Shown in pieces: positions 26,226 through 36,245 of a DNA stretch of 64,000 nt. How positions within the stretch are numbered: the first letter of the stretch is position 1; the number at the start of each line of letters is the position of its first letter. The translations under genes were made by a program, and so were the position numbers. The stretch spans positions 1,488,001 to 1,552,000 of the forward strand of contig OZ287077.1 of NCBI GenBank assembly GCA_965645245.1, read 5' to 3'. The notes under the pieces were generated by a model. That model saw only the letters and a program-made list of their open reading frames with translations. It was not told the origin of the DNA and did not search any database. Origin of the DNA: Massalongia carnosa (taxonomy: Eukaryota).

Positions 26226-29200
26226 TTGCGAATGAGCATGCCGGCCATAATGAGCGGCAACCCTCTAGCTTCTCAGCTACCCCAGCAGGACAGGGAGGGT
26301 GCAGAAGTTATTGACCTGGAAAGCCATTTGAGATTTCTCATCCTTAAAAATGGATCAAAAAGTCTGGACCCCAACAGTTCGGCTATTGGAATCGACGGAA
26401 AAATATTGAGCCCCGATGGAGAATCGGTTCTATCAGCGGACCTGCCGCGGCAGGTAGTCTCGGAGAGCCAAAACCGAAGCCTACATGCTGGAGCGAACGA
26501 GGTTACACGGAAAGGAGCAAATCAGGAAACGCGTCTGGATAACCAACCAGCTAGCTTGGCCTTAGATCTCTCACAACTTCGACCTCAAGCCGTGTGGGCT
26601 GGTAATCATGGGCCACATCATCTACAGCAACCTCGCCCTCCACAACAACATGGGCTTTCACAGCTCATGCCAGAGACTTCTCGACGAGTGTCGAGTACGT
26701 CGCAGAACAGGAACACTTACATTAACAGCCGACAATCATCTCAACCTCTTCGGAACAACCGTCAGTATAGCCAAAATTCCGGCCAAGCCCAGGACGCTCG
26801 CTCACATGGTCAACCGTCCAATAATCTTCCAACGACGTTTTCTTTACCAGTACCGAGATCAAACTATGTCACAAACCGTCGGCCTACTCCGCAGAATCGG
26901 CAACTTTATGATCCACACTCAAATGCATCACAGCATAGCCATCAGGCTCATGGCAGCAATCAGCTAGCAGCATCTACTGACCCTATCCATAACCAAATCA
27001 ACTACCTCGAGCAACTGGCGTCTATTGAGATTCCTAAGGCAGAAATGGGCGTGGATGAACTTGAGGCGAAGGAGAATTTCCGGGTATCTCTTGAGATGAT
27101 ATGTAGAGATGCAATTGCCCAGCATGAGCTTCAAAAGGACAAGGATTTTGACCCAAGCACGGTGACCCTTAAGTGCTTCGGGAGTCTTAGCTCCGGATTT
27201 GCTACTCATTCCTCAGATATGGATTTGGCTCTTATTTCCCCTAGGTCTTCGCCCGACACATCTTCCCTCGAGTCTGAGATCCCAAGACTTCTAGAGAAAG
27301 TACTGCTGGATTTGGGCTTTGGAGCGCGGCTACTCACAAGGACGAGAGTTCCCATTATCAAGCTTTGTGAGAAGCCAACCCCAGAGCTTGCGCAGGCTCT
27401 TTTGGAAGAACGTGCAAAGTGGGAGCAGGAACGAGATGCCCCACCAAAACCAAAGTTAGAGGGAAGCAAAACCAAGAACGAAGGTCAAGAGTCCAAACAT
27501 GGCTCGAAGAATGACTCAGCCTCTGAGAACCTACAGACAAATGGGATTAGCAAGCGCAACAACGACACTAGTCAGGCATCAAACATCACCTTAGGCCACA
27601 CATACGAATCTAAGGCTATACAGCTTAATAGTCTTGGAGGGAATTCGGTCACTACGGAGGACAAAAAATCTGAAGGCTCGCTAAAGGTGGACGAATTGGC
27701 TATTCAGGATGATATGCCACGATCGGATGAGGAACTTGTCTTCTTGTACAATCTGGCGATGGATGAGGGATGGTACGATGCAGAAGAGAGGAAAACTGTC
27801 AAAACTTTCTTGGATGCCGTCAATAACAGTGCCTCTGGAGCCGATGATGCATCACTCACGACTGCACGGCTCGAGCTGAAGTCTTTGACAAAAATTTTGC
27901 ACAGGTACCGCGCGCCAGTCGAAAACCATCTTGATTTCCCTAAAACGGGTGTAGGCATTCAATGTGACATTAACTTTTCGAACCCATTGGCTTTGCATAA
28001 CACTCTTTTACTAAAATGTTATTCGCTGTGTGATCCTAGGGTGCGGCCCTTGATAATCTTTGTCAAGGCATGGGCGAAGCGGCGCAAAATCAATAGTCCA
28101 TATCATGGCACGCTCTCGTCTTACGGTTACGTGCTTATGGTACTACACTATCTAGTTAACATAGCACGGCCTCCTATCGTTCCAAATTTACAACGAATAC
28201 GGAAGGCCTCTCAAGATAATTCTCCAGGAAACGATGCCAAGGTTGACGGATGCACCGTTCGATTTTGGCGTTCGGAGTGTGAGATCAAAGAGCTCGCCCG
28301 CCGTGGAATGCTCACCCGTAATACCGCAGATAACATAGGATCGCTCCTTCGCGGGTTTTTTCACTACTTTGCCCACCAAGGATATTACTCTCCTAATGGC
28401 GGATTCGGCTGGTCCCTAGATGTTCTCTCTCTTCGTTCTGAAGGAGGCCTACTATCAAAAAAATCAAAGGATTGGACAGGGGCTAGAACCATCACTATTG
28501 AGCCGACGGCCCCAGGCGGCGCAACACGAGAAATTAGGCAGCGATATCTATTGGCAATCGAGGATCCCTTTGAATTAGAGCATAACATTGCCCGAACCGT
28601 CGTACATAATGGTATTGTGGCCATACGTAACGAGTTTCGAAGGGCACACTCAATCATCCAGAGTGTAGGACCTAGGAATAGAATGGAGGACCTTTTTGCC
28701 GAAGCTGAAAATAGAGACCATTTAGGGAGGAGGGCTTTCGGACCTTTGCCTAGAAATGAAGAAGCGGAGACTCCAAACAAAGACCAGTCGACCGCTGGAA
28801 CTGCATCGAAAGAGCGGATGTCGGTTAATGCAGATAAAGCTCAGCCCAGAAAAACCGCACCGCGCGGGACTGTCCAACCTCCTGAGCAGAGCAAAGAGAC
28901 CGCTGCAACCAAAAATAGAAGAATAAGTTCGGCGACGAAAGGAAGCAGAACAAATACTGTAGGAGTCAAAGATTCTGTCAAAGCGCCTGCAAAGGGTCGG
29001 GGCAAGCAAGGAACTGGGACCCCATCAGGCTCAATCACGTCAAAATCAAGCTCATCTCATCGTAATGAGCCAAAAGGAGCGGAAGCCTTCTTTAGCAAAC
29101 CATCTTCCAAGAATCATTCCCCACCAGCCAAACCTAAGGCATCTTCCCTAGGGTCGAATGTTCAAGCATCAAATCTCCCAGCTCCAGATCCTCAGACATT

Positions 29201-29474
29201 GGCTTTGAACCCAGCTTCTCTGGAATATGGTCCGCTAGCAGCCATCCAAAGACAGGCGGATATAATGAAACAAGAAGCAGTAGCTTGGGTTCATCAACCT
29301 GCAAGCTCGGTTCAGCAGGACGCATTCCCAATCTTTGATACAACGACCAGCAACAGCAAAGCTACTACGGAACCAAGAGAAAAGGCCAACCCAGCTCAGG
29401 TGTTGGCGGATCCATTGCCTCAACTACAGCAACACCCGCCGAAAGGGGAACAAACGCTTGATACAATACGATAG
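26226..29474 (+). CDS. Cid1/Cid13-type terminal nucleotidyltransferase (non-canonical poly(A)/poly(U) polymerase); true start uncertain
   Basis: Motifs FGSLSSGFATHSSDMDL, RTRVPIIK, QCDINF, LALHNTLLL, KAWAKRRKIN..GTLSSYGYVLMVLHYL and the PAP-associated AIEDPFELEHNIAR. Confidence 0.9.
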   Translation: MRMSMPAIMSGNPLASQLPQQDREGAEVIDLESHLRFLILKNGSKSLDPNSSAIGIDGKILSPDGESVLSADLPRQVVSESQNRSLHAGANEVTRKGANQETRLDNQPASLALDLSQLRPQAVWAGNHGPHHLQQPRPPQQHGLSQLMPETSRRVSSTSQNRNTYINSRQSSQPLRNNRQYSQNSGQAQDARSHGQPSNNLPTTFSLPVPRSNYVTNRRPTPQNRQLYDPHSNASQHSHQAHGSNQLAASTDPIHNQINYLEQLASIEIPKAEMGVDELEAKENFRVSLEMICRDAIAQHELQKDKDFDPSTVTLKCFGSLSSGFATHSSDMDLALISPRSSPDTSSLESEIPRLLEKVLLDLGFGARLLTRTRVPIIKLCEKPTPELAQALLEERAKWEQERDAPPKPKLEGSKTKNEGQESKHGSKNDSASENLQTNGISKRNNDTSQASNITLGHTYESKAIQLNSLGGNSVTTEDKKSEGSLKVDELAIQDDMPRSDEELVFLYNLAMDEGWYDAEERKTVKTFLDAVNNSASGADDASLTTARLELKSLTKILHRYRAPVENHLDFPKTGVGIQCDINFSNPLALHNTLLLKCYSLCDPRVRPLIIFVKAWAKRRKINSPYHGTLSSYGYVLMVLHYLVNIARPPIVPNLQRIRKASQDNSPGNDAKVDGCTVRFWRSECEIKELARRGMLTRNTADNIGSLLRGFFHYFAHQGYYSPNGGFGWSLDVLSLRSEGGLLSKKSKDWTGARTITIEPTAPGGATREIRQRYLLAIEDPFELEHNIARTVVHNGIVAIRNEFRRAHSIIQSVGPRNRMEDLFAEAENRDHLGRRAFGPLPRNEEAETPNKDQSTAGTASKERMSVNADKAQPRKTAPRGTVQPPEQSKETAATKNRRISSATKGSRTNTVGVKDSVKAPAKGRGKQGTGTPSGSITSKSSSSHRNEPKGAEAFFSKPSSKNHSPPAKPKASSLGSNVQASNLPAPDPQTLALNPASLEYGPLAAIQRQADIMKQEAVAWVHQPASSVQQDAFPIFDTTTSNSKATTEPREKANPAQVLADPLPQLQQHPPKGEQTLDTIR

Positions 29475-30702
29475 CTCAAGGCCTTCTCGAAGGAAACTCT
29501 TCTACAAGCTCACTGAAAGAGACCGCGGTAGTAAGTTTTGGGCTGCAGCGGAAGCTGCTGTACAAAATATCTCGGAAGGTGGAAAGTTCTAGAGTTCTGA
29601 TAAGAAAACCAACCTTGATGGCTATAGGATTACAAAAATTGATATGAAGAGAGGTGGTAAATGATGCTTGTATATTATGTTTATGATTCTCACGGCAGGA
29701 AGTAAACGAGCTCATAGCATCACGGCCGTCTATTTTTTTCTACCTTGCAGTGATAACTGGCTCTCCCTCGAAGAGTCCCCACTAAACTTTAGAAAGTCAT
29801 CTAAGTATGCGGCCAAGTAGTATTATTTAACCTAAATCATCAACCCATCTCTTTGAACCTCCTCTGTTTCGCTCAAATATTGATTTTGTGGACGCCAAAA
29901 GAAATTGCTTGAACGGCCTCGGGAGTAAGGCTTAACAATATGATCGAAAATCCATGAAGCGCGTTGCCAGCATGTTTGACAGCCCCGTTTCTTGGGCCAT
30001 GGCGTTACAGAAAACGATGTGCACGCATCAGATATAAGCCTGACATGACTTCAAGTTAGAATCGCAACAGCTCTAAACGTCCCAGATCTGACTTTAAACA
30101 TCATGCAAGATTGAGGTGGAAGGGAGATGATTTCCCGACCTTGACATGGAGCTGTTATATACTCCCATCTGACCCGCCTACTCTGTGAAGTATTCTACCA
30201 AAAAGTATTTGTCAATATACCTAGCTTTGTATCTTTCTGGCTTCATGCCTCGATACCATCAGTTCTGCTTACTTTCTTACATATCTCTCTACTCAACTAT
30301 CTACCTTCCGCTTAATCGCTTCCTGCGTTTATTCATTCATCCATTCCAACTTCATGTTTATTTCTTTACTTGAACTTTAAAATTTTCATATACATTTAGT
30401 TTCTCTAATATTCTATTTTCGTGTCTATGCGAGGGTATTTCTGCTAGATCTGAGGCCATGGTGTTAACGAAATGGTTGATTACTTATGACGTTCAGATAA
30501 ATTTGACAAGTTCCCAAGAAAGCTCTTGGAGTTACCACAGGGGAGGATCTCTGCCCAATTACATACCGAGGATGTAATGAACTCTGATCTTTTCCTGATG
30601 AAACAGCTGTCGAATATATTCAAGTAAATTAACTGATCTCAAAAGAACCCACTTTCTGCTTTTCCAAGGACTCCTTACGTTTTTTCTGGACGACGCAGTC
30701 CA

Positions 30703-30770
30703 TCAGATGTTCACCCAGAGAAAGACAGAGCTGATTTCCACCATTCTTTTCTGTTGAATTTTCTCATCAT
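30703..30770 (-). ncRNA. Candidate box C/D snoRNA
   Basis: Box C ATGATGA (30770-30764), possible D' CAGA and C'-like TGGTGGA, box D CTGA (30706-30703). Just before box D lies TGGGTGAACA, complementary to the LSU rRNA A-loop UGUUCACCCA. Confidence 0.3.
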
Positions 30771-32115
30771 AGCGCTTTAAAGAAATTAGCTATCTTCTAC
30801 TTCATTTCTTCGTCTCGTTACCATCTACGTTTTTGTTTCTGTTTCCGTTATGCATACTCATAAAAAACAAAACTGAGATTATTGAAAGACCTCGTTTGGG
30901 CGGAATTGATATCATACTTGCAGCTGCGCCTGTGGTGGTTTGATTTTTGAGAACAAAAAGTGAAAGGGGTGTTTGGTTGGTTGGCTGTCTCTTTTCGGGG
31001 AGAGGGGGAATGGTTGGTTGCAAAGGAACCTGGACAGGGCAGAGAGAGTTTGGGAGGTGGGTTTTGATGGAACGTGCGGACTTTTAAACCTGGGAAACAA
31101 AGTAGAAAAATGTGCTTGGAAGTTGCGGAAAGAGTTATGGGCAGCAAGCAGGCATGATAAAGAGTAGGAAGGAGTAAAGAATTATCCCAGCATGCCAACC
31201 CTCGGTTTTCCTTTCCACCGGTTACTCCCTATAGGAAATCACGAATCTCTGTCTCATTATCTGATATTTCTCCCTTTTATGATAAGAAAAAGGGAATGAA
31301 TGAAAGCGCCCTTTCCATGTTTGGAAACATTGTTCATTCTTCTTCGATCCGTCGGATTGTCTCGCCTAAGTTTTCTGTTTCCTTGAAAGCCTTTTTGGCT
31401 CAGGACAAGGTTTTTTTGAGAGAATAAAACTTATTCACATATTTCTGGTTCTTTTTGTGGGGGAAGGGGGGGGGTGTGGGTTATGAAGACGAAGAAAATG
31501 AAACCAGAATCAAACGATGGTGATACCTTGGGGAGTTGAGAAGCGATGACTAGGATCATGAGCGTTAGATCTATGATAGGTTTTCGTGCGGTGGTGCGGA
31601 ACTAACTACGACAGCGGAAGGCCAAGCATTGCCGATAGTGCCTGAGGGGAGTGTTTGATCGAAGACGACGGGCTTTCGTTCTCTCCTCCCCCTTGCCTCC
31701 TCTTCCATTTCGTCTCAGCTCCTCTCTCCCTAGACCCCACTCATCTTCAAAGGGTTAGGATGGATTCTTTTTGTGGGATGGTGATGAGGTTAGCTGAGAG
31801 AGTGGGAGAGGAGATGAGAATAGAATAGGGGGGTAGAAGAATGGAGTGTGGGAATCGGGGGGAGGAAAGGGATGAATGAGTGAGTGGTGGATATGCTTTG
31901 CCTGGTCAGTTGATTTATGCAAGTTTACTATGTACGCTAGAATTAATGATACAAACGATAACTCGCTTTCGGGGCGTTGAGTTAGGGCTCTTCGAAATCG
32001 GGTCTAGCGCCATCTGTATGTTAGGCGATCTTCGCTTATTTATCGCTAGCGGCAAACCTCCATCGACTTACTATCTGATATGATATTCGTCACCCATTCA
32101 CATATCCTATTCATA

Positions 32116-33783
32116 ATGCCCACCGAACTAGAAGAGGTTTGTCAGATCCTTCCCCCGTCTGTCAAGTCATCCATGTTGGATCAACCGTTAAATCTGCTTT
32201 TCGCTGCAGCTGGTTGAATTCCTGCATCATGGAAATACGCAGATCCGACAAATTGGTGTGTATTTTCTTTCTTTCTCATCGTATCTCTAGTTTTTTAACG
32301 GGTTGGTTAAATTGAAGTCTTCCGGGACGTAATATGTACAAGGAGAGAAATAGTATAAGTGAAAATGGAAAATGGAAAATGGAGAATCCATAGAAGGGCT
32401 GATGAAGCTTAAATGTGTACTCGTTAGCTGTGGAGAACCTCGTTCCCTACTCCAGACAGCAGCCAGCGATTTTCAAAACAAGGCATCTGGCGTCGGTGAG
32501 GGATTTGAAACTGTTGGTGAGGGATTATGCTGTACGTGAGGGATCCTCCCTTTTCCCTTATCGTCGTTTAGTTTTTCTGATGAGGACAAGTAGCCAATTG
32601 CGAAAAACGCGGTGACAATTCTAATCAATATCTCCAGCGATGCGGAGGTATTGAAGTGCCTTGCCGAAGATGACAAGTTCCTTGAAACGATTCTTTCACG
32701 CATCACAGTACGTTCATGTGCAGTCTTGTTTTCAATGTTCCCCCTCCCACCCGGCTTACATTTCCATTGCTCTCCCTATGAAATCCCCAGAAAATTCAAT
32801 TTAACAATTTCAAACCTCCACAGAACCCCAAAGAACCAACAGCAAACGACCTCGCAATGCTCTTAGCGAATCTCTCCAAATCGCCCACTCTTGCCCGCCT
32901 CATCATGCTTAAACGGCCCGCCATCCCGGCGCTCTCACCCTCACAGCTGGCTCTTGATCAGCTCATCGATCTCTTCAACCATGGCGCTGATGGAGGATAC
33001 AACTCCTTGGCTACGTTTGATTACTTAGCCTATGTGTTCGCTGATCTCGCAAAGGTAGCCCTCCTCCACTTTCTTGAACCTCTTTCCACCGTTATATTAT
33101 CCCGTCCTAGCACCACATCTTTTCTCACTACATTCCAACCTCCCCTTGCTCCCCAAGACCAGAATCCCTTACTGAACCACTCCACTCAGTACTCTCAAAT
33201 GGCCTCTCACCTCCTAAACCCCACCCCCTCCGACCCCCTCCCGCCCATAACCAAACTCCTCCCCTCAACCACCCACCCCTTCCTGCCCCGCCGCCTTGGC
33301 CTCTCGCACCTCCTGAAAAACCTCCTCATCGCCGCTCCAACCTCCCCCCAACAGCTTCTCCTTCCCCCCATATCTACCCTCCCATTCCTCCTTCTCCCTC
33401 TCTGCGGACCCCATTCCCCCGCCTCCTTCTCGGACGACGAAACCGAGGCCCTGCTCCCGGAGCTGCAGTTTCTCGGCTTGGAGCAGCGTCGGGAACAAGA
33501 TCCCGTCGTGCTGCGGGGGTTGCTGGAGGTGCTGTATTTGCTTGCGGCGAGGGGCGGAAGCGAGGGCAGGGAGAAGCTCCGGGGGGCGGGGACGTATTTA
33601 GTGGTTAGAGAAGTGCATTTGGCGGTTGAAGACGACGGAGTCAGGGAGGGGTGCGATCGGTTGGTGCAGATTCTCATGGCGGACGAGGGGAAGGATGAGG
33701 GAGTAGGGGAGGTTAAACAGCGGGAAAAATCTAATGCAGAGGCTCGGCAGGACGGAATGGGAAGAGGGAGAGACCTGGAAAAT

Positions 33784-33823
<40 letters not shown>

Positions 33824-33855
33824 ACAATGATGATCAGATCGTAAAAATATTTTAA
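32116..33855 (+). CDS. HGH1: Hgh1 (eEF2 chaperone, FAM203 family)
   Basis: Spliced N-terminus MPTELEELVEFLHHGNTQIRQIAVENLVPYS, then ILINIS, MLLANLSK, FDYLAYVFADL, LQFL..REQDP and CDRLVQILM, with an acidic tail ending ..IVKIF*. About five short introns. Confidence 0.9.
33782..33834 (+). repeat. GAT/GAC trinucleotide tract encoding poly-Asp in the Hgh1 tail
   Basis: NDDDDDDDDDDDDDNDD in frame. Confidence 0.9.
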
Positions 33856-35269
33856 ACCTGTCCACACACATTTATGTTAATCTAGGTCAAAAGAGGCATG
33901 GCTATTTTTGTTTTTTTTGTGGCAGAAAGCGACAATCAGCAGTGGATTCAAAGAAAGAATCGAGATAAAAACCAAAACAAGGCGCCAGACAGACCGACAA
34001 CTTGATCCCACCCTAACGCTCCCCACTCCTCTGTCCTCTCCTCTCATCTCTTCCTCATTCTCATACCTAAATATCCCATTCAACCCCTACCTCTCAAATT
34101 TGTAAATCTAATCTACGTTTCGGCTGTTTTTTCTTTTTTTTTCTGGTTTATCTCCTGTCCTTTCATTCTCTATTTTTGTGTGTTTCCGTTTTCGGGTTCT
34201 CTTGCTATAATTTGCTATAATGTGCTGCCGGAGGGGGAGTAGAGAAAGAAAGGGGGGTTCTCACGTTATGAGCCAAATCTTCCAGCTTTTTCGGTTGAGG
34301 GGAGCGAAGAATGTTATTCCAAGGATTTCCGGCCGTGGACTGTTCGGCCGTTGTGGATTTCGGAAGCCATTGTTTCGAGGGTTTCCCGCATGGTTTATTG
34401 GAACTGGTAGCTGGATGGGAGAAGAAGAAGAGAAAAATGAAGTTACTGGAAGGTTGCTTTTTCACCAGGGGGACGTGAAAGGCCTTTCCTTTGGTTATAC
34501 GCTCAAGCTATTCCCACAGATACTACCATGTAATATTATGTATACGCTAAGCAGCAGGTCGAGAAAAAAATACTTGTCAGGACATGAGAGGTCAAAAAAA
34601 AGTTTTAAAAAGAATGATAGTTAGTGGAGATGGAGAGGAAGAAGAAGGTCACGTTTTTAGGAATAGACTTTTTCAGCCTTTTTTTTGGAATTTTTGGTTC
34701 GAAGTCGAGAGAGTTTGGATGATGATAGAAGAGACTTTTCTTATTCCCAAAAAAAGAAAAGATTATTGGAGAATCGGAGACGGGAGGAATCAGATAATCG
34801 ATTTCGGGAAAAGATATAATAACCCATCAAAAACACCCAATCCGGACAAATACATCGTACAGTTTCCGTTTCTATTTCGAAGCGTTCAGTATTGTAGTTA
34901 GGTCGAGGAGGATAATCACATGAAACTGTGAAATAAAAACTACAAGTATCGGTTCTGGATTTGATACAGTTGCAGTCACACCTGAAATTGATTGTTTTGG
35001 GTTTTGTTACAATACGAACAGCCAAAAATGATTCAGTTGAGAAGAAAGCGGATCTGCATCTTCGGAATAAGTAGAGCGAGTTGAAATATCTCCAAGAAGG
35101 GAGTTCTCGAAGGTTGCTTGGTGACCTAGCAATAGTGTAACCCACCTCCGGCTTCCGAACGTCTTGGATATACATGGTCCACGTCCAACCTCCATCCTTA
35201 TTATATAGACCTCCCCCTGACCAAACTCTCTGTCCCCCATCCTTCAACGCGATTTTGGCCCCGAGCTCC

Positions 35270-36245
35270 CTACTCAGCACCTTCAGCCAATCGACGAAAC
35301 TTTCGCGCTCGCTTCCTAGCCCACTTTCCCAACCTCAAACTATCGAGCCAATCGGTCGTATCGCTAGTGCCGCCACCACCAGCATTTGCAGCCTCAGCGT
35401 CGGTAGGGATGTTCTCATCTAGAGAAACAACCGCAGCAGGGCCGTCTTCGGTAGGAATACTTGCGTCGGAGCTGGTCGTTTCAGGATCGTCTGCCAGCGT
35501 ATTTGCAAAAGCAAAGATGTTCTCCGATCCCGTGGCAGGTAGGCTGTGCGTTCCGGCGGAAGCGGTGTTGATTTCCGCACCGGTCGACGCGGCAGAATCC
35601 GCTCTCCCAGGTGGCGGCCCAGACGTCAACGGCCGATTGGGGTTCGGGCAGTGGTTTTCTATCGGCGGCAAAAAGCGATTGATCTGGCCGGACACCGGGT
35701 CGCGGTAGTCGGGCGAGTCCTTGTAAAAGTCACGCTTGTAGTAAGGGTTCGGCTCTCCCTTAGCCTCTGGGTAACAGCCATGGGCGCAGCCAAGCCCTGG
35801 TCCACAGGGTTTAGCAGGGGCGGATATACAAAGCATTATTCGAGCATTGTAAAACTTACATCTGCGTCCCCAAGGAACTTCCCGGAAGAGACAATGATCT
35901 GGCGCCCATATAAACGCATCTCTTCCTTTTGGCAGCTTGTTGAATACAAAAGCATCTCTCCATTTAGGTTTCCGCTCCCTCTCTGGAGCGCCTGGAGCAA
36001 AGCCCGAGTCAATAATAAATGATTCATCGACGTCTATGGGTACATCGCCGGGGCAAAGACTCGTTAAATGAGCGTTGGTAAAAACCAAAACGCACCACGT
36101 GTTGGTTGACTAGATTTGAGTAATTAGATCCAGCAGGTACGTAAAATAGATCTTGACGGCTATGAACACACACCAGTGTATTCGCATCGCAGAGCGTTGC
36201 GAGGCTAAACAACAGGACCCAAAGTCCGCACAGAAGAATCTTCAT
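35270..36245 (-). CDS. Secreted Cys-rich protein with Ala/Ser/Thr-rich linker and basic tail (about 300 aa)
   Basis: Exon 1 (36245-36174) encodes signal peptide MKILLCGLWVLLFSLATLCDA. Intron 36173-36110 (GTGTGT..CTAAT..TAG) joins it in frame to the 35270-36088 ORF. Confidence 0.72.

Noticed and set aside
31385..31410. U2 snRNA-like string GCCTTTTTGGCTCAG (and GATCAAGTGT at about 36568)
   Set aside because: The invariant GTAGTA branch-pairing sequence and the Sm site do not follow; chance similarity.
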